Assembly (NCBI GenBank): GCA_012295275.1 | Contig: CM022672.1 | Span: 9,610,001-9,674,000 of the forward strand | Direction: 5' to 3' | Origin: Chrysomallon squamiferum | Lineage: Eukaryota > Animalia > Mollusca | Length of the DNA stretch: 64,000 bases | Notes under the pieces: model-generated | The model's input: the letters and a program-made list of their open reading frames with translations, nothing else | The model's database searches: none | What the model was told of the DNA's origin: nothing | Program-made: the position numbers and the translations under genes | Shown here: piece by piece, positions 17,701 through 31,394 of the stretch | Position numbering within the stretch: the stretch's first letter is position 1 | Layout of the letters: each line of letters opens with the position of its first letter

Positions 17701-19527
17701 TTGTAATTTATTTATTTATTTTTTATTTATTTATTTTTTTTTTTCAGGTTTTTACACAACAGAATAATCCAGTCCAACGAACTGAAGCTGCAGCCTCACC
17801 AGCAGGTATTTATAGAAAAGAAATGAAATAAGTAGCAGTGCTTTCAAAATATTAAGACTGTTGACCAATTCATTGAATTCTTGAACATTTATAATCCCTG
17901 GCCTTTTTTCTAAATAAGATCAATGTAAGAATGACAATGAAAGGAAAACTAACTGTAAAAATGTAAATAATAACAGAATGGAAATAAATTAACATTGTCT
18001 TTATACTGACTGTTTGATATCTCTAACATGAAGATGTGAATGATGATGTTTGAAAAAGGAACATTTGGCTTTGTCACAGTTTTCTGTATTGTTTTGATCC
18101 TCTGTTTTGTTTAGATTCTAAATAATCTAAATAATTCCCTAAACAAACTGAGTTGATGTTCAATACTTTGTGAAATGTTTTATCAACAAGGGATGATAGC
18201 AGTCAGTCTGGAGATCACTGATAACATAGCAATAATAGTTAGACAATAATTAATATTAAGCCAATTTAATCATCTTTGAGTTGTCATTAAAACAGCTATT
18301 TATTTTGTAACAAGATAATATGAAAAAAAAAATAAAATATATATATAATAATTTAGTAATATTATATTATAAATACATCTTAATTTATTGTGATAACTAT
18401 TTATTGTTTATGTCATAACTAAAATTGTTTTTATGAACACAACACAGAGACACACAGACACAATTAATGTATTGATTATTATTTTTTTGTGTACGGGTAC
18501 CAAAACAGTCAATTAAATCATTATATTTGTTATATTTAAAAGATCAACAGAAACTCAGTTTGAGCTCATTCCATCCATCCTGGAGCCCTATGGACAAGAC
18601 AGATTTTGTCAAACAGGATCAGGTGCAATCTACTGATGCAGAATATCAGACTGTGGTTCAAAGCTTCATTAACAGCCTCCAGCAACCTGTTACTATTGTT
18701 AAGGTATAAGCAAATTTAATGTCATAATTACAGATGGCATAACTGTTCTTCATCCGTCAAAGTTAATTATTAATAAACTAGTATAACCAGATTTTGCTAA
18801 CTGTAAAATTTATAAGCTTAAATTAACATATTTGTGAGCCTGACATTTTTTGTTTTCATTTTCTGGTGTAAATGTAAATGAAAATGTACAGGAAAATGGA
18901 TGATTAAATCTTACAGCAGTTTTATAATGATTTACTCAGTCTGTTCAGATTATTTAATACATTCATTCTGTGTACAAAATGTTCTCATGAGGCAGGGTAA
19001 AATATCAGGCTCTGTGCATCTTCCCATGTTTGTTACTTGAGTTTATTCTGATAACCCTGAAATATAAGAAGATTATTCTACTTCTTTATACATACTATTA
19101 AAGTACTCTACTGAACAACATAAAGTTAGAAATAATAATGTAGATTAAACTGTAATATGTCCTTTACTGTCAGTGGGAAGGTATATATGAATAATTATAT
19201 ATCTACATTCTACTATGGATAGAAATGGGAGGAAAATTAAATATAGAAACAATCATTTATTTATTTATTATTATTATTTTTATTTTTATTTTTTTCAATT
19301 TCAGGTTGAAAGGATTCAGAACAAAACTTTGTATTATCAGTATCAGGCAATGAAAGTTCTGTTTCATAAGAGAAATCCTGGAATAGAAAATGAGCGATTC
19401 CTTTGGCATGGGACATCATTGGATGCTATAAACAGCATCAATTTAGCGGGTTTCAACAGAAGTTATTGTGGCAAAAATGGTGTATAAAATTTGTTTTTAT
19501 GAATGTTTTTCTTAGATTTGAAATTCA

Positions 19528-19570
<43 letters not shown>

Positions 19571-20397
19571 GTAATAATAAATAAATAAACTAAATATCTG
19601 TTTAAGTAAAGAACATTTCTCTCTGAACTGATGTTTGATGTAAGATATCCATTCTTTAGTTCTTCCCAAATATGATATATTATTTTTTAAAATTCACTTT
19701 TTATTACAAATGCTAAAAACTCAACTGATTATAACTTTTAAAATCCTGACTATTTGGGGAGTTTGGTGGATATGTTCATTTGTTTTCTTTGGTTCTATGT
19801 TTTTCATTTATTTATTTATATTAAATTTATTTTTATATTATTATTAAATATATTTGTTAATCACATATCTGATATTTCAGTGTTTATTCTTCTTATTATT
19901 TTAAAATTTATTTATTTATTTATTTATTATTTTTATTTATTTATTTATTATTATATTTTTTTTTGATATTTTTGTCATTAGTTTATAATAATAAATTTAA
20001 AAAAATTTAATAAAATAAAATACTAACTATATTTATATTTGGATGATGGTTCAAAAAAATATAAAAAAATTACAAAATCAACTAATGTTTTAATTTATAT
20101 TTTATTTCAGCAACATGCTATGGTCAGGGTGTATATTTTGCTACTCAAGCATCTTACTCAGCACAAGACACATATGCTGTTCCTGACAGCTCTGGATACA
20201 AATACATGTACCAGGCTGCAGTACTCACTGGAGAGTTCACTACTGGAAACTCATCCTATAAAGTTCCTCCACCGAAATCCACTTCTGAGCCTCATATCCG
20301 ATATGACTCCCTGGTTGATAATCCAGGAAACCCTTCCATTTTTGTCATCTTTCATGACACCCAGGCTTATCCACAATATCTCATAACTTTTAAATAA
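11756..20397 (+). CDS. Macrodomain mono-ADP-ribosyltransferase (PARP14/PARP15-like) copy 1: 3 macrodomains + ART, ~780 aa
   Basis: ATG 11756 (in-frame TGA upstream). Exons 11756-11797, 11992-12216, 12645-12863, 13205-13307, 14033-14100, 14510-14737, 15809-16018, 16180-16237, 16523-16578, 16797-17027, 17235-17456, 17748-17805, 18543-18703, 19305-19479, 20111-20397. Macro motifs VDAIVN, SIAFPVLGTG..KYP; ART motifs VERIQN, LWHGT, GFNRSYCGKNA..YGQGVYFA, YDSLVDN, IFVIFHDTQAYPQYLITF. The frame requires the 18543 acceptor. Confidence 0.9.
13480..13960 (+). repeat. Intronic AT-rich minisatellite, ~35-37 bp unit (atattttacctgtattttatcatgaatatataactgtgtt)
   Basis: Degenerate tandem units visible; homologous arrays occur in the other copies. 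Confidence 0.85.
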
Positions 20398-20981
20398 ACC
20401 TGAAACTACTCATCAGTTCCTTTCTTTTCTTTTTTTTAACAAAAAAAAAGAAAAAGACTTTTGTTTACTGTTTATTTATTTATGTATTTATTATTGATTA
20501 TAATAAGAATAATAATAATAAATTACTATTATTATTATTATTTTTTGTTAATGATTTTTTTATTCTTTTTATTTAAATTATTTTTTATCAATTTGACAAA
20601 CCAGTTTTGTCACAAAGTATTGTTTATTCTTTTCATGATCATTATTATTTGTTTTAAAACTATTAAATTGTAAATAATTTCATATCTAATTATTATATAC
20701 TTTTAATCAGAGATTTTTAAAAATATATTTGGATGGTCATATTTGTATCAAACAATAAAATAATGTATATAATAGTATGTGTATTATTGCCATTATTACA
20801 AATATTATTATTATTGTATGCTCTGTTTGTTTATTTATCTATTTATTATTTTTTGCTTATTTATTGTTGATTATAACAATGATATTTATAATAATAATAA
20901 TAATAATAGTAATAATAATAAGTTGTATTATTACTGTATGCTCTGTTTGTTTGTTTGCTTGTTTATCCATTTATTTATTTG

Positions 20982-21020
<39 letters not shown>

Positions 21021-21459
21021 TGTTTTAAAACAGTGCAAGAGTTTAATGTAGAATATGTTAAATTGTAATTAATGTATATCTAAATTTTATATCATTTTAA
21101 TGAGAGATTTTTAAAAATATGTTTGGATGGTCATTTTGTAACAATAAAATAATATATGTAATTAAATTATTATATATATTATTATTATTATGGGTTTTTG
21201 TTTTTAATATTATTAATTTTATTATTACTATTTTTGTTATTATTATTAATTATCTTTTTTATTATTGCTGATCAGAGACTCACATATTAATGAATAAAAC
21301 AATACTAATGAAATCTCAACTCTTGTTTTTATTTAAATTATGCCCACTGGATGCAGAATTCGTTCCCACTCACTTGATCTAATTTCAAATCTAAACTTTT
21401 CCCACATGATTCTTAAGGAAAGGTTTAGGTTTTGTTCCCACTTCATGATGTTTATATTA

Positions 21460-21930
21460 CCTACTAGACTGTATCGATGATCCTAGGATGTGTTACAGGG
21501 TTCAGATTGAGGTTATATGTTCTGCAAGCTACTGATATAAAACTAGACTAACTACTTGTATTTGCTACCACAAAGAAAATGGAATATCTATGCAATGTTT
21601 GTATCATTTATACTGATGACACCTTCTATACATGCCCATGACATGTTCTAGAGATCTACACTCTTCATGTGGAAATCTATAACATCATGTTCCCTCTTGT
21701 CTACATGCTCCTTCCAAAACAGACTCAAACTTCATATTTCAAATGTTGAAGACGGAAGCAGGAAGAAAAAACTTCAACCTGGATCCACAGATTTTCAAGA
21801 TCCACTTTGAGAAAGCCGTTGCCAATGCTACAAGTGTTAAGGGGGTCCAGGTATAGGGATGCTTTTGTCAATAGTTCAAGCTCTTTGGAGGAAATTTCGG
21901 AATATTAGTCTGACTCTCCTGTACACAGAA
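21460..21930 (+). mobile_element. Mutator-like (MULE) transposase fossil, truncated at the duplication junction
   Basis: Translates with stops/frameshifts to LVFAT..YTDDTFYTCP*..IYTLHVEIYNIMFPLVYMLLPKQTQTSY..FKIHFEKAVANA..GCF..QALWRK, matching the MULE DGTF..CP / PLVYxLLP / DFExA / GCxFH..Q..WR motifs. Confidence 0.8.
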
Positions 21931-22584
21931 ACTCGTTATCATTATTGCTACAGAGCTGGGTATTGTCATCTAATACAAAGATATTTTAATGTTGGTAGCA
22001 ATAAATGACACCCAGGCATAATACAGAACTGATCTAAAAACATGAAATTGTTACATCTCAGTATAGCGTCATTCAGAATTTGTTAACTATAGGCTCAGGA
22101 GAAATCAAATGCGTTACACTTAAAGATCTAAAAATAGCCAAAAGCAGTAAAATATATTTTCATGTGTATAAAAAAAAAAAAAAAAAACTTTGATATTTTT
22201 AATATACAAAATAATTCCTAGGATCATTAAATATCAAAATCATTCAAAATATTTTTGACCAGTTACAACAGTATTTTCAACATTTTAGAATATATATATT
22301 TCAAAAGTTTTGAAAGTACCGATATATATATAAATATGACTGTTAAGGAAGCGTACTAGACATAAAACACAGTCGGACTAAATTTATTTTGTATCCACAT
22401 GTTGTCACTTCCACTCAAAACTCCAACTAATAATAATAATAATAATACATTCTGAAGAACAAAACAAAATATAATTGCATTTAGCTTCCCAACGACTGAG
22501 AAATGTAATTTCCGAAAATGCAGTATCACAGTTCGGTTCGTTTTGTTTATTGATACGGAATTAATTGGGTAAAATATGTTGGTC

Positions 22585-22596
22585 GAAACCGAAACT
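22585..22596 (+). promoter_or_regulatory. ISRE / IRF-binding element, PARP copy 2
   Basis: GAAACCGAAACT; consensus retained while the flanks diverge from copy 1. Confidence 0.7.
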
Positions 22597-22659
22597 AATA
22601 TTTTACACTTTTTCACAAGAATTATGGCATATTTTTTGTATATCGATTAAACACAGAAA

Positions 22660-22939
22660 ATGCTTAGCTATCTTTTCAGTTGGTAAGTTTTTGAATTCTG
22701 TCGTATTTATCAATAAGTTTAGATTTTACACATCAAGTTTGTCATGATTATCTTCCTTATTCATAAAGCTATACTGAGAAATAATAAATATTTGTTTTAC
22801 AACTTTTAAGTAACATAAGTTTATGAGACTTAAAAAAAATTATGGCAACTGGCTTCTGTAAAATAGATATTTGAAGGTTATTCTATTTTATTTCATTTTA
22901 TTTGTTGTTTCAAGTATCTGGTTTAATGGAGTTTTTTAA

Positions 22940-22987
<48 letters not shown>

Positions 22988-24650
22988 TATGATATATAAT
23001 AATTTTCATATTATGTGGATTACAAATTTTACTCTTTTATTTTCAGGTTTTGGAAGAAAGAAGACAACATTACCAGTCAAAAGGTTTATTATAACTTTCC
23101 ATCAGTGACATTCTCTTTCTTACTTACTGTCATTTTCTCTCACTGTTTCCTTGTGTTGTGTTGTTCTTGTTTTTTGTTTTTATCAGATCAATCCTTTACT
23201 GCATTTGACTTCTTGATTTTTTTAAAGTTATAGTTTTATTTTTTATTTTTATTTAATTTTTATTTTTAGGTTAATGTTATTGTAAGGTTAATTTATAATA
23301 ATAAGAAGAACAAGAAGAAATAAATAAAAATACTATTAATAAGGATAATAAAAGCTACTTTATTACTTTGTAATATTCAGATTAATTCAAGATTACACCA
23401 AACATCAAGTTCTGCCCGATTGTCCAGAACATTCAGTAAGTTTCAGTAATGTCACTGTATGTATCAGTATTTTAGATTTTTCTTTCTAAAAATTAAACAG
23501 TAATCAAGTTTGTTTGTGATGTAAAATTAAAGAAGACAATGTTATCTTATACAATTTTCCTCACTTCTTGATACATTTCTTATAAAACAGTGATAAGTCA
23601 GTGACAATTTGTAATAAATTATTATGAATATATAATTGTTATATTTTACTTGTATTTTGATCTGAATATGTAAATCTGTTGTATTTTATCTATATTTTGA
23701 TATGAATATAAAATAAAATGTATGTTATGTTTTACCTGTATTTTGTTATGAATGTATAATTGTGTTATATTTTACCTGTATTTTGTTATGAATGTATAAT
23801 TGTGTTATATTTTACCTCTGTTTTGTTATGAATATATAACTGCATTATATTTTACCTGTGTTTTATCATATGTAAATGTGTTATACTTTACCTGTATTTT
23901 ATCATAAATATATAATTGTATTATATTTTGTTTTACCTGAATTTTATCATGAAGTGAGTTATATTTTATCTGTATTTTGATATGTATAAGTAACTAAGTG
24001 ACATTTTAACAGTATTTTGTAATAAATTTATAACTGCATTAAATTTTACCCATATTTTATCATGAATATATAACTCTTATATTTTACCTGTATATTATCA
24101 TAAATATATAACTCATATAATTTACCTGTATTTTATCATGAATATATAATTGTCTTATATTTTAATTTCCCTGTGTTCTATCATGACTTTGTTATATTTT
24201 ACCTGTATTTTATTATGAATATATAACTGTGCAATATTTTACCTGTATTTTATCATGAATATGTAATTGTGATATATTTAACCTCTGTTTTATTATGAAT
24301 ATATAATTGTGATTTATTTTGCCTGTATTTTATTATAAAAATATAATTGGTACTTTACCTGTAGTTTATTATGACTAATATTTGATGAGATGTCAGTTAA
24401 AGGGAATAAATAAAAATACATATCAATTTACATATTTTCAGCACAGTCTTCACCAGCAATTAAAAGACCTTGTATTTCATACAAAGTGAATGATATCACA
24501 AAAATACCAGTAAGAATTTTCTTATCTTAATTTTTAATTAACTATAAAATTGAGAACTGAAGTATGTTGAATGCAAAGTTATTCCTGCAGATATTTTAAT
24601 TATCTCGTTAAATAGGTTTTTCCTTTTATTATTATTATTATTATTATTAT

Positions 24651-24682
<32 letters not shown>

Positions 24683-25215
24683 ATATAATTTTATATAGAT
24701 AAATAGACAAAGAGATATAAAACCTATTTTCATCTGGCTGTTTTCTTTATTACAGAAAGTGTGAATGTTTAGTCTTAAGTATTTATTGACAATTTATTGA
24801 TTCCCTTTGTAAATACTTATACTGATGAACAGCGACTTTTCTTTTGTTAATATATTTTAGGCCAACATATTAGTAAATACCACAACCCAGCACTAGTAAT
24901 TACTTCTACTTTTTCTCTTGATACTATTTTTAGGTTGACATTTTAGTAAATTCTACCACCACTTCTCTAAATCTATCCAGTGGACCAGTAACCAAAGCAA
25001 TTCTTGCTGCAGCTGGCTCAGACATTCAGAAAGAGTGTGAAACAAAATATCCAAATGGTATTAAGAGCTGGGAGGTGGCTGACACAAGTGGAGGAAATCT
25101 GAGCTGTAAAAAAATATACCACACATCTCTAGTTGATGCAAAATGGTCTACTGTCAAAGAGGTCCTTTAAGAATTAACATAATGTTTTTCTTCTTTTTCC
25201 ATGAAAACATACATA

Positions 25216-25268
<53 letters not shown>

Positions 25269-28200
25269 ACAAGCATGCATATGAACAGCTACTGTTTGTA
25301 AAGAAGAAATAGTTTAATATAAAACTTTACTATAAATAGGAACTATTTTAAATATCTCTAGAAATAAACTAACATTTTTATCGTATATAAAACTAACATT
25401 TTAAATTTTTTCTTCAGATAATTAAATATCAAAATGTTATTTAAATTTCTTTTTTTTTAAAAATATTTTAAAAATAATTTAATATGAAAATATTTTTAGA
25501 ATAAAATTAATTATTTTTAATCTTTCCAGTATTTTTTTAATTATTAAGTTTAAAAAAAAAATTAAAATATTAAGTTAATATTTTTAACATTTTAGAAAAA
25601 AACAATTAGCATAAGTTTGTAATATGTATTATTATTCATTTAATGGAATAATTTAATTAAAAAATAATTAAATACAAAGTATTTATTTCAGGTAAAACTA
25701 ATTATTTTTGAAATTTTCAGAAATAATATAATTCAAATATTTTATTTAAAATTACTGAAATTACTTTTATTCAATGCAAATATTAAGTAAGTTAATTTTT
25801 AAAAATTTATGCAAAAAATGTTTATTTCTAAATAAAACTAAGACAAAAACATTTTTAGACCAAATAATATAAACAAGTGATTTGAAATAATAAACATTTT
25901 TAATATTTTCAGAATTATTATAATATAAATATTTAAAGCAAAAACAAACATACATTTATTTTAATGTTTTAGATATTTTAAAATTTGATATATGATTAAG
26001 AAAATATTTTTGATAACTTAAGAAATAACAGAAAATACATATTTTACTTAAAATAAAAATATCTGGGTATTTTTAATTTTTCTGGATATATTTTCAGATG
26101 AAATATTTATTTCAAACAAAACTATCAATTTTTAATGTTTCAAGAAATCAGTTTATTAATATTTTATTTAAAATTAATTATTTTTCATGTTCTTTAAAAT
26201 TAAGTTAGCATTTTTAATGTTTCTATAAATAATTTGACATAAAAACTTCATTTAAGATAACATTTTGTAACCATTTTGATTTAATCATTCTATTTAATAT
26301 TTAACAATTTCATTTCAATATATATATATATATATATACATTATGTTACGAAGAAACAGTTTCTAGAAATACTGTAACTGATTTGTATTTTTTATTTCTA
26401 AAAATTTTGAAACAAAGTATTTTTTATATTTATGGAAATAATTTAAAATAAAAGTTTTATATTTCGAATAAAACCAAGCAGTTTAATGGTTCCAGAATTA
26501 CAAAACACTCATCAAAAGGTTGTTGGATAAAGCTGAGGCTAATCATCTCACTTCAATAGCTTTGCCTGTTCTGGGTACAGGAACACTGAAATACCCATCT
26601 GATGAAGTGGCAGAGTGTATGTTTGAAACAGCACTGGCCTTTCGAGGAAGACATCTGAGTTCGATAATTTTTGTTGTGAATCCTAAAGATGATAATAACC
26701 AAAAGGTAAACATTTTTGTTATGTGAAAGATGATGTTTTAAGTTATTTAATGTAATACAATAATACTTTTCAAATAATCAGACAACTGATTTTTAAATGT
26801 GAAATATTTAGTTCAAAAATAATATAATTAAAAAGAATGATGTGGTTTATGTTGTTTTTCTTGTTTTCAGGCATTTAAAACAGAATTGGCCAAACACATT
26901 CATCTGAATCAAAATATTCACCCTTCAGGTAAATGCCACAGACATTTTTGTTTTAAACATATATATTTATATGCTTTTGTTTTAGTTTTTGTTTACTTAA
27001 TTATATAATTTCTTGTGTGTTTCCTGAACATTTTGAATATCTATTTTGTCCCAACAAGATTTACAGAAGTTGATGCTACTAAATAGATATATAATTTAAA
27101 TGTTTTTATTTTTACTTCAGGAAATGGAGCAGCATTTAGCATCTCCTTGGTGAAAGGAAGCATTGCTGATCAGAAAGTAATTAAAGATTATTTGAATATG
27201 TGTCTAAAATTCTCTCTCTCTCTCTCTTTCTGTCTGTCTCTGTATGTGAGAGAATGTGAGTTTGTGTGATAGAGAGAGAGAGTGTATTTGGGTTGGTTTG
27301 AGAAAGAGAATGTATATCTGGCTGTGTATAAGATTGACAAATTTATTTATTTATTATTTGTATTAAAACTCAAACATCTGTTTTTCTATAGGTGGATGCC
27401 ATTGTTAATTCAACAACCCCTTCCCTGAATCTTCAAAGTGGACCAGTAACAAAAGCCATAGTCAAAGCTGGTGGTGATTCACTACAAGACGAATGTAAGC
27501 GGAACTATCCAAATGGAATCAAGGCTGGAGAGATTGCTGTTACAGCAGGAGGGAAGTTAAACTGCAAATTCGTCTACCATACAACTCTGATTCAATGGAC
27601 TGATGATAACACTGCTGTTAAAGTACAGTCTTCATTAATTTAATTTTACTGTTACTGAACAAGTAAAATATTTTAAATGGGAATAAAATGCTTATAAATA
27701 TATACATATATATATATGTCTGTACAAAAATACAAATATATGAATATTTACAATTATGATTTATGTGTTATGCAGGGACTGACAGATCTCATCACAAACT
27801 GTCTTTCAAGAGGTGATCAGGACAAACTTACAAGTATTGCTTTCCCAGTGCTGGGTACTGGTGTCCTCAAATATCCTCCAGATGTTGTCAGCAAAATCAT
27901 CTTTGAATGTTTTGACAGTTTTTGTAAGAACCATACAAATACATCACTTCAGGAGGTCAAAGTTGTCATCCATCCTGATGATACTGAAAACTGGAGGGTA
28001 ATTTATTGTGTTCAGGCAAACAAAGACATGTTACTACTGGTGGATTATGATAATGTTTTACAGTTGTGCATGATTTTTCTAAAAGATATACTGGTTTCAT
28101 ATTTATGGCCTAAAATAGATTCACACACTCCAAGAACATATAATGTGTCTATCTTTTAGTTTATTATTTTCTATTAAGAAAACATAATTTGTAAATTTTG

Positions 28201-29989
28201 TAATATATTATTTTCTCTCAAGAAAACACAATTTGTGTATCTTGTAATTTATTTATTTATTTTTTATTATTATTTTTTTTTCTTCAGGTTTTTACACAAC
28301 AGAATAATCCAGTCCAACGAACTGAAGCTGCAGCCTCACCAGCAGGTATTTATAGAAAAGAAATGAAATAAGTAGCAGTGGTTACAAAATATTAAGACTG
28401 TTGACCAATTCATTGAATTCTTGACCATTTATAATCCCTGGCCTTTTTTCTAAATAAGATCAATGTAAGAATGACAATGAAAGGAAAATTAACTGAAAAC
28501 AAATGTTAATGATAACAGAATAGAAATAAACTAATATTGTCTTTATACTAACTGTTTGATATATCTAATGTGATTGGTGATTTTTGAGAAAGGAACATTT
28601 GGCTTTGTCACAGTTTTCTGTATTGCTTTGACCCTCTGTTTTGTTTTGATTCTAAATAATCTAAATAATTACCTCAACAAACTGAGTTGATGTTCAATAC
28701 TTTGCCAAATGTTTTATTAACAAGGGATGATAGCAGTCAGTCTGGAGATCACTGATTACTCTGGAGAGCAATAATAATAGACAATAATTAATATTAAGTC
28801 AATTTAGTCATTAAAGCAGCTATATAATTTATAAAAAGATCATAAGAAAAAAATGATTAATAATTTAGTAATTTTGTATTACATTGATTGTGATAACTAT
28901 TTATTGTTTATGTCATAACTAAAATTGTCTTAATGAACACAACACAGAGAGACACAGACACAATTAATGTATTGATTATTATTTGTTTTGTGTACTGGTA
29001 CCAAAACAGTCAGTTAAATCATTATATTTGTTATATTTAAATGATTCGATAGAAACTCAGTTTGAGCTCATTCCTCCATCCTGGAGCCCTATGGACAAGT
29101 CAGATTTTGTCAAACAGGTTCAGGTGCTGCCTACTGATGCAGAATATCAGACTGTGGTTCAAAGCTTCAATAACAGCCTCCAGCAACCTGTTACTATTTT
29201 TAAGGTATAAGCAGATTTAATGTCATAATTATTAATATATAATGTAACCAATATTTGCTAGCAATAACATCTATAGGCTTAAAATAATATATTTGTGAGG
29301 CTGATATTTTTTTTATTTTGTTGTGTAAATGTAATATAGGAAAATGGATGATTAAATCTAACAGCAGTATAATAATGATTTACTCAGTCTGTTCAGATTA
29401 TTTAATACATTCATTTTGTGTACAAAATGTTCTCGTGAGGCAGGGTAAAATATCAGGCTGTGTGCATCTTCCCAAGTTTGTTACTTGAGTTTATTCTGTT
29501 TTTTATATAAGAACAAATAACCCTGAAATATAAGAAGATTATTCTACTTCTTTATACTTACTATTAAAGTACTATACTGAACAACATAAAGTTAGAAATA
29601 ATAATGTAGTTAAACTGTAGTATGTTCGTTACTGTCAGTGGGAAGCTATATATGAATAATTCAATAACTACATTCTACTATGAACAGAAATGGAAGGAAA
29701 ATTAAATATAGAAACAATTTTTTATTTATTTATTATTATTATTATTATTTTCTTTTTCAATTTCAGGTTGAAAGGATTCAGAACAAAACTTTGCATTATC
29801 AGTATCAGGCAATGAAAGTTCTGTTTCATAAGAGAAATCCTGGAATAGAAAATGAGCGATTCCTTTGGCATGGGACATCATTGGAAGCTATAATCAGCAT
29901 CAATATGTATGGTTTCAACAGAAGTTATTGTGGCAAAAATGGTGTATAAAATTTGTTTTTATGAATGTTTTTCTTAGATTTGAAATTCA

Positions 29990-30038
<49 letters not shown>

Positions 30039-30839
30039 GTAATAAATAATTAAACTAAATATCAGTTTAAGTAAAGAAGATTTCTCTCTGAATTGATGTT
30101 CAATGTAAGATATTCATTCTTTAGTTCTTCCCAAATATATATATTATTTTTTAAAATTCACTTTTGATTACAAATGTTAAAAACTCAACTGATTATAACT
30201 TTTTAAAATCCTGACTATTTGGGGATTTTGGTGGATATGTTCATTTGTATTCTTTGGTTGTATGTTTTTCATTTATTTGTTTATATAAAATTTATTTTTA
30301 TATTATTATTAAATACATTTGTTAATCACGTATCTGATATTTCAGTGTTTATTCTTCTTATTTTTTAAAATTTATTTATTTATTATTATAATTTATATAT
30401 ATTTTTTCATTAGTTTATAATAATAAATTAATTATAAAAAAATAATAAAATAAAATACTAACTATATTTATATTTGGATGATGGTTCAAAAAAAAAAAAA
30501 AAAAAAAAAAATTTCAAAAACAACTTATATTTTAATTTATATTTTATTTCAGCAACATGCTACGGCCAGGGTGTATATTTTGCTACCCAAGCATCTTACT
30601 CAGCACAAGACACATATGCTGTTCCTGACAGCTCTGGATACAAATACATGTACCAGGCTGCAGTACTCACTGGAGAGTTCACTACTGGAAACTCATCTTA
30701 TAAAGTTCCTCCACCGAAATCCACTTCCGAGCCTCATATCCGATATAACTCAGTGGTTGATAATCCAGGAAACCCTTCCATTTTTGTCATCTTTCATGAC
30801 ACCCAGGCTTATCCACAATATCTCATAACTTTTAAATAA
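22660..30839 (+). CDS. Macrodomain mono-ADP-ribosyltransferase copy 2: 2 macrodomains + ART (PARP15-like architecture), ~619 aa if the proposed 5' splicing is used
   Basis: Proposed exons 22660-22682, 23047-23083, 23381-23435 (cryptic acceptor). Clear exons 24442-24509, 24934-25161, 26496-26705, 26871-26928, 27121-27176, 27392-27622, 27776-27997, 28288-28345, 29053-29204, 29767-29941, 30553-30839, with no stops. Macro1 exons are deleted; the 5' end is inferred. Confidence 0.78.
23620..24370 (+). repeat. Intronic minisatellite (expanded relative to copy 1)
   Basis: Same ~36 bp unit as 13480-13960. Confidence 0.85.
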
Positions 30840-31358
30840 ACCTCAAACTACTCATCAGTTCTTTTTTTTACTGTTTATTTATTTATTTATTTATTATTAG
30901 TTATTGTTAATGATTATTATTATTATTATTATTTTTTTTTTTATTAATTTAATTGTTTTTTTTATCAAGTTGACAAACCAGTTTTGTCAGAAAGTATTGT
31001 TTATTCTTTTCATGATCATTATTATTTGTTTTAAAACTATTAAATTGTAAATAATTTCATATCTAATTATTATATACTTTTAATCAGAGATTTTTAAAAA
31101 TATATTTGGATGGTCATATTTGTATCAAACAATAAAATAATATATATAATAGTATGTGTACTATTGGCGTTATTACAAATATTATTATTATTGTATGCTC
31201 TGTTTGTTTATTTATCTATTTATTATTTTTTGCTTATTTATTGTTGATTATAACAATGATATTTATAATAATAATATTAATAATAGTAATAATAATAAGT
31301 TGTATTATTACTGTATGCTCTGTTTGTTTGTTTGCTTGTTTATCCATTTATTTATTTG

Positions 31359-31394
<36 letters not shown>

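Larger units (their letters stand above)
10144..21930 (+). repeat. Segmental tandem duplication unit 1 (~11.8 kb)
   Basis: The sequence from ~10144 (gaaacccattgttattattgctagagag..aatgacacccaagcat..gatctaaaaacatg) recurs at ~21930 and ~32305. Confidence 0.88.

Noticed and set aside
20461-21051. Hydrophobic Ile/Tyr/Leu-rich ORFs (also 31154-31425, 43840-44105, 53800-54303)
   Set aside because: Products of (TTA)n/(TAG)n simple repeats.
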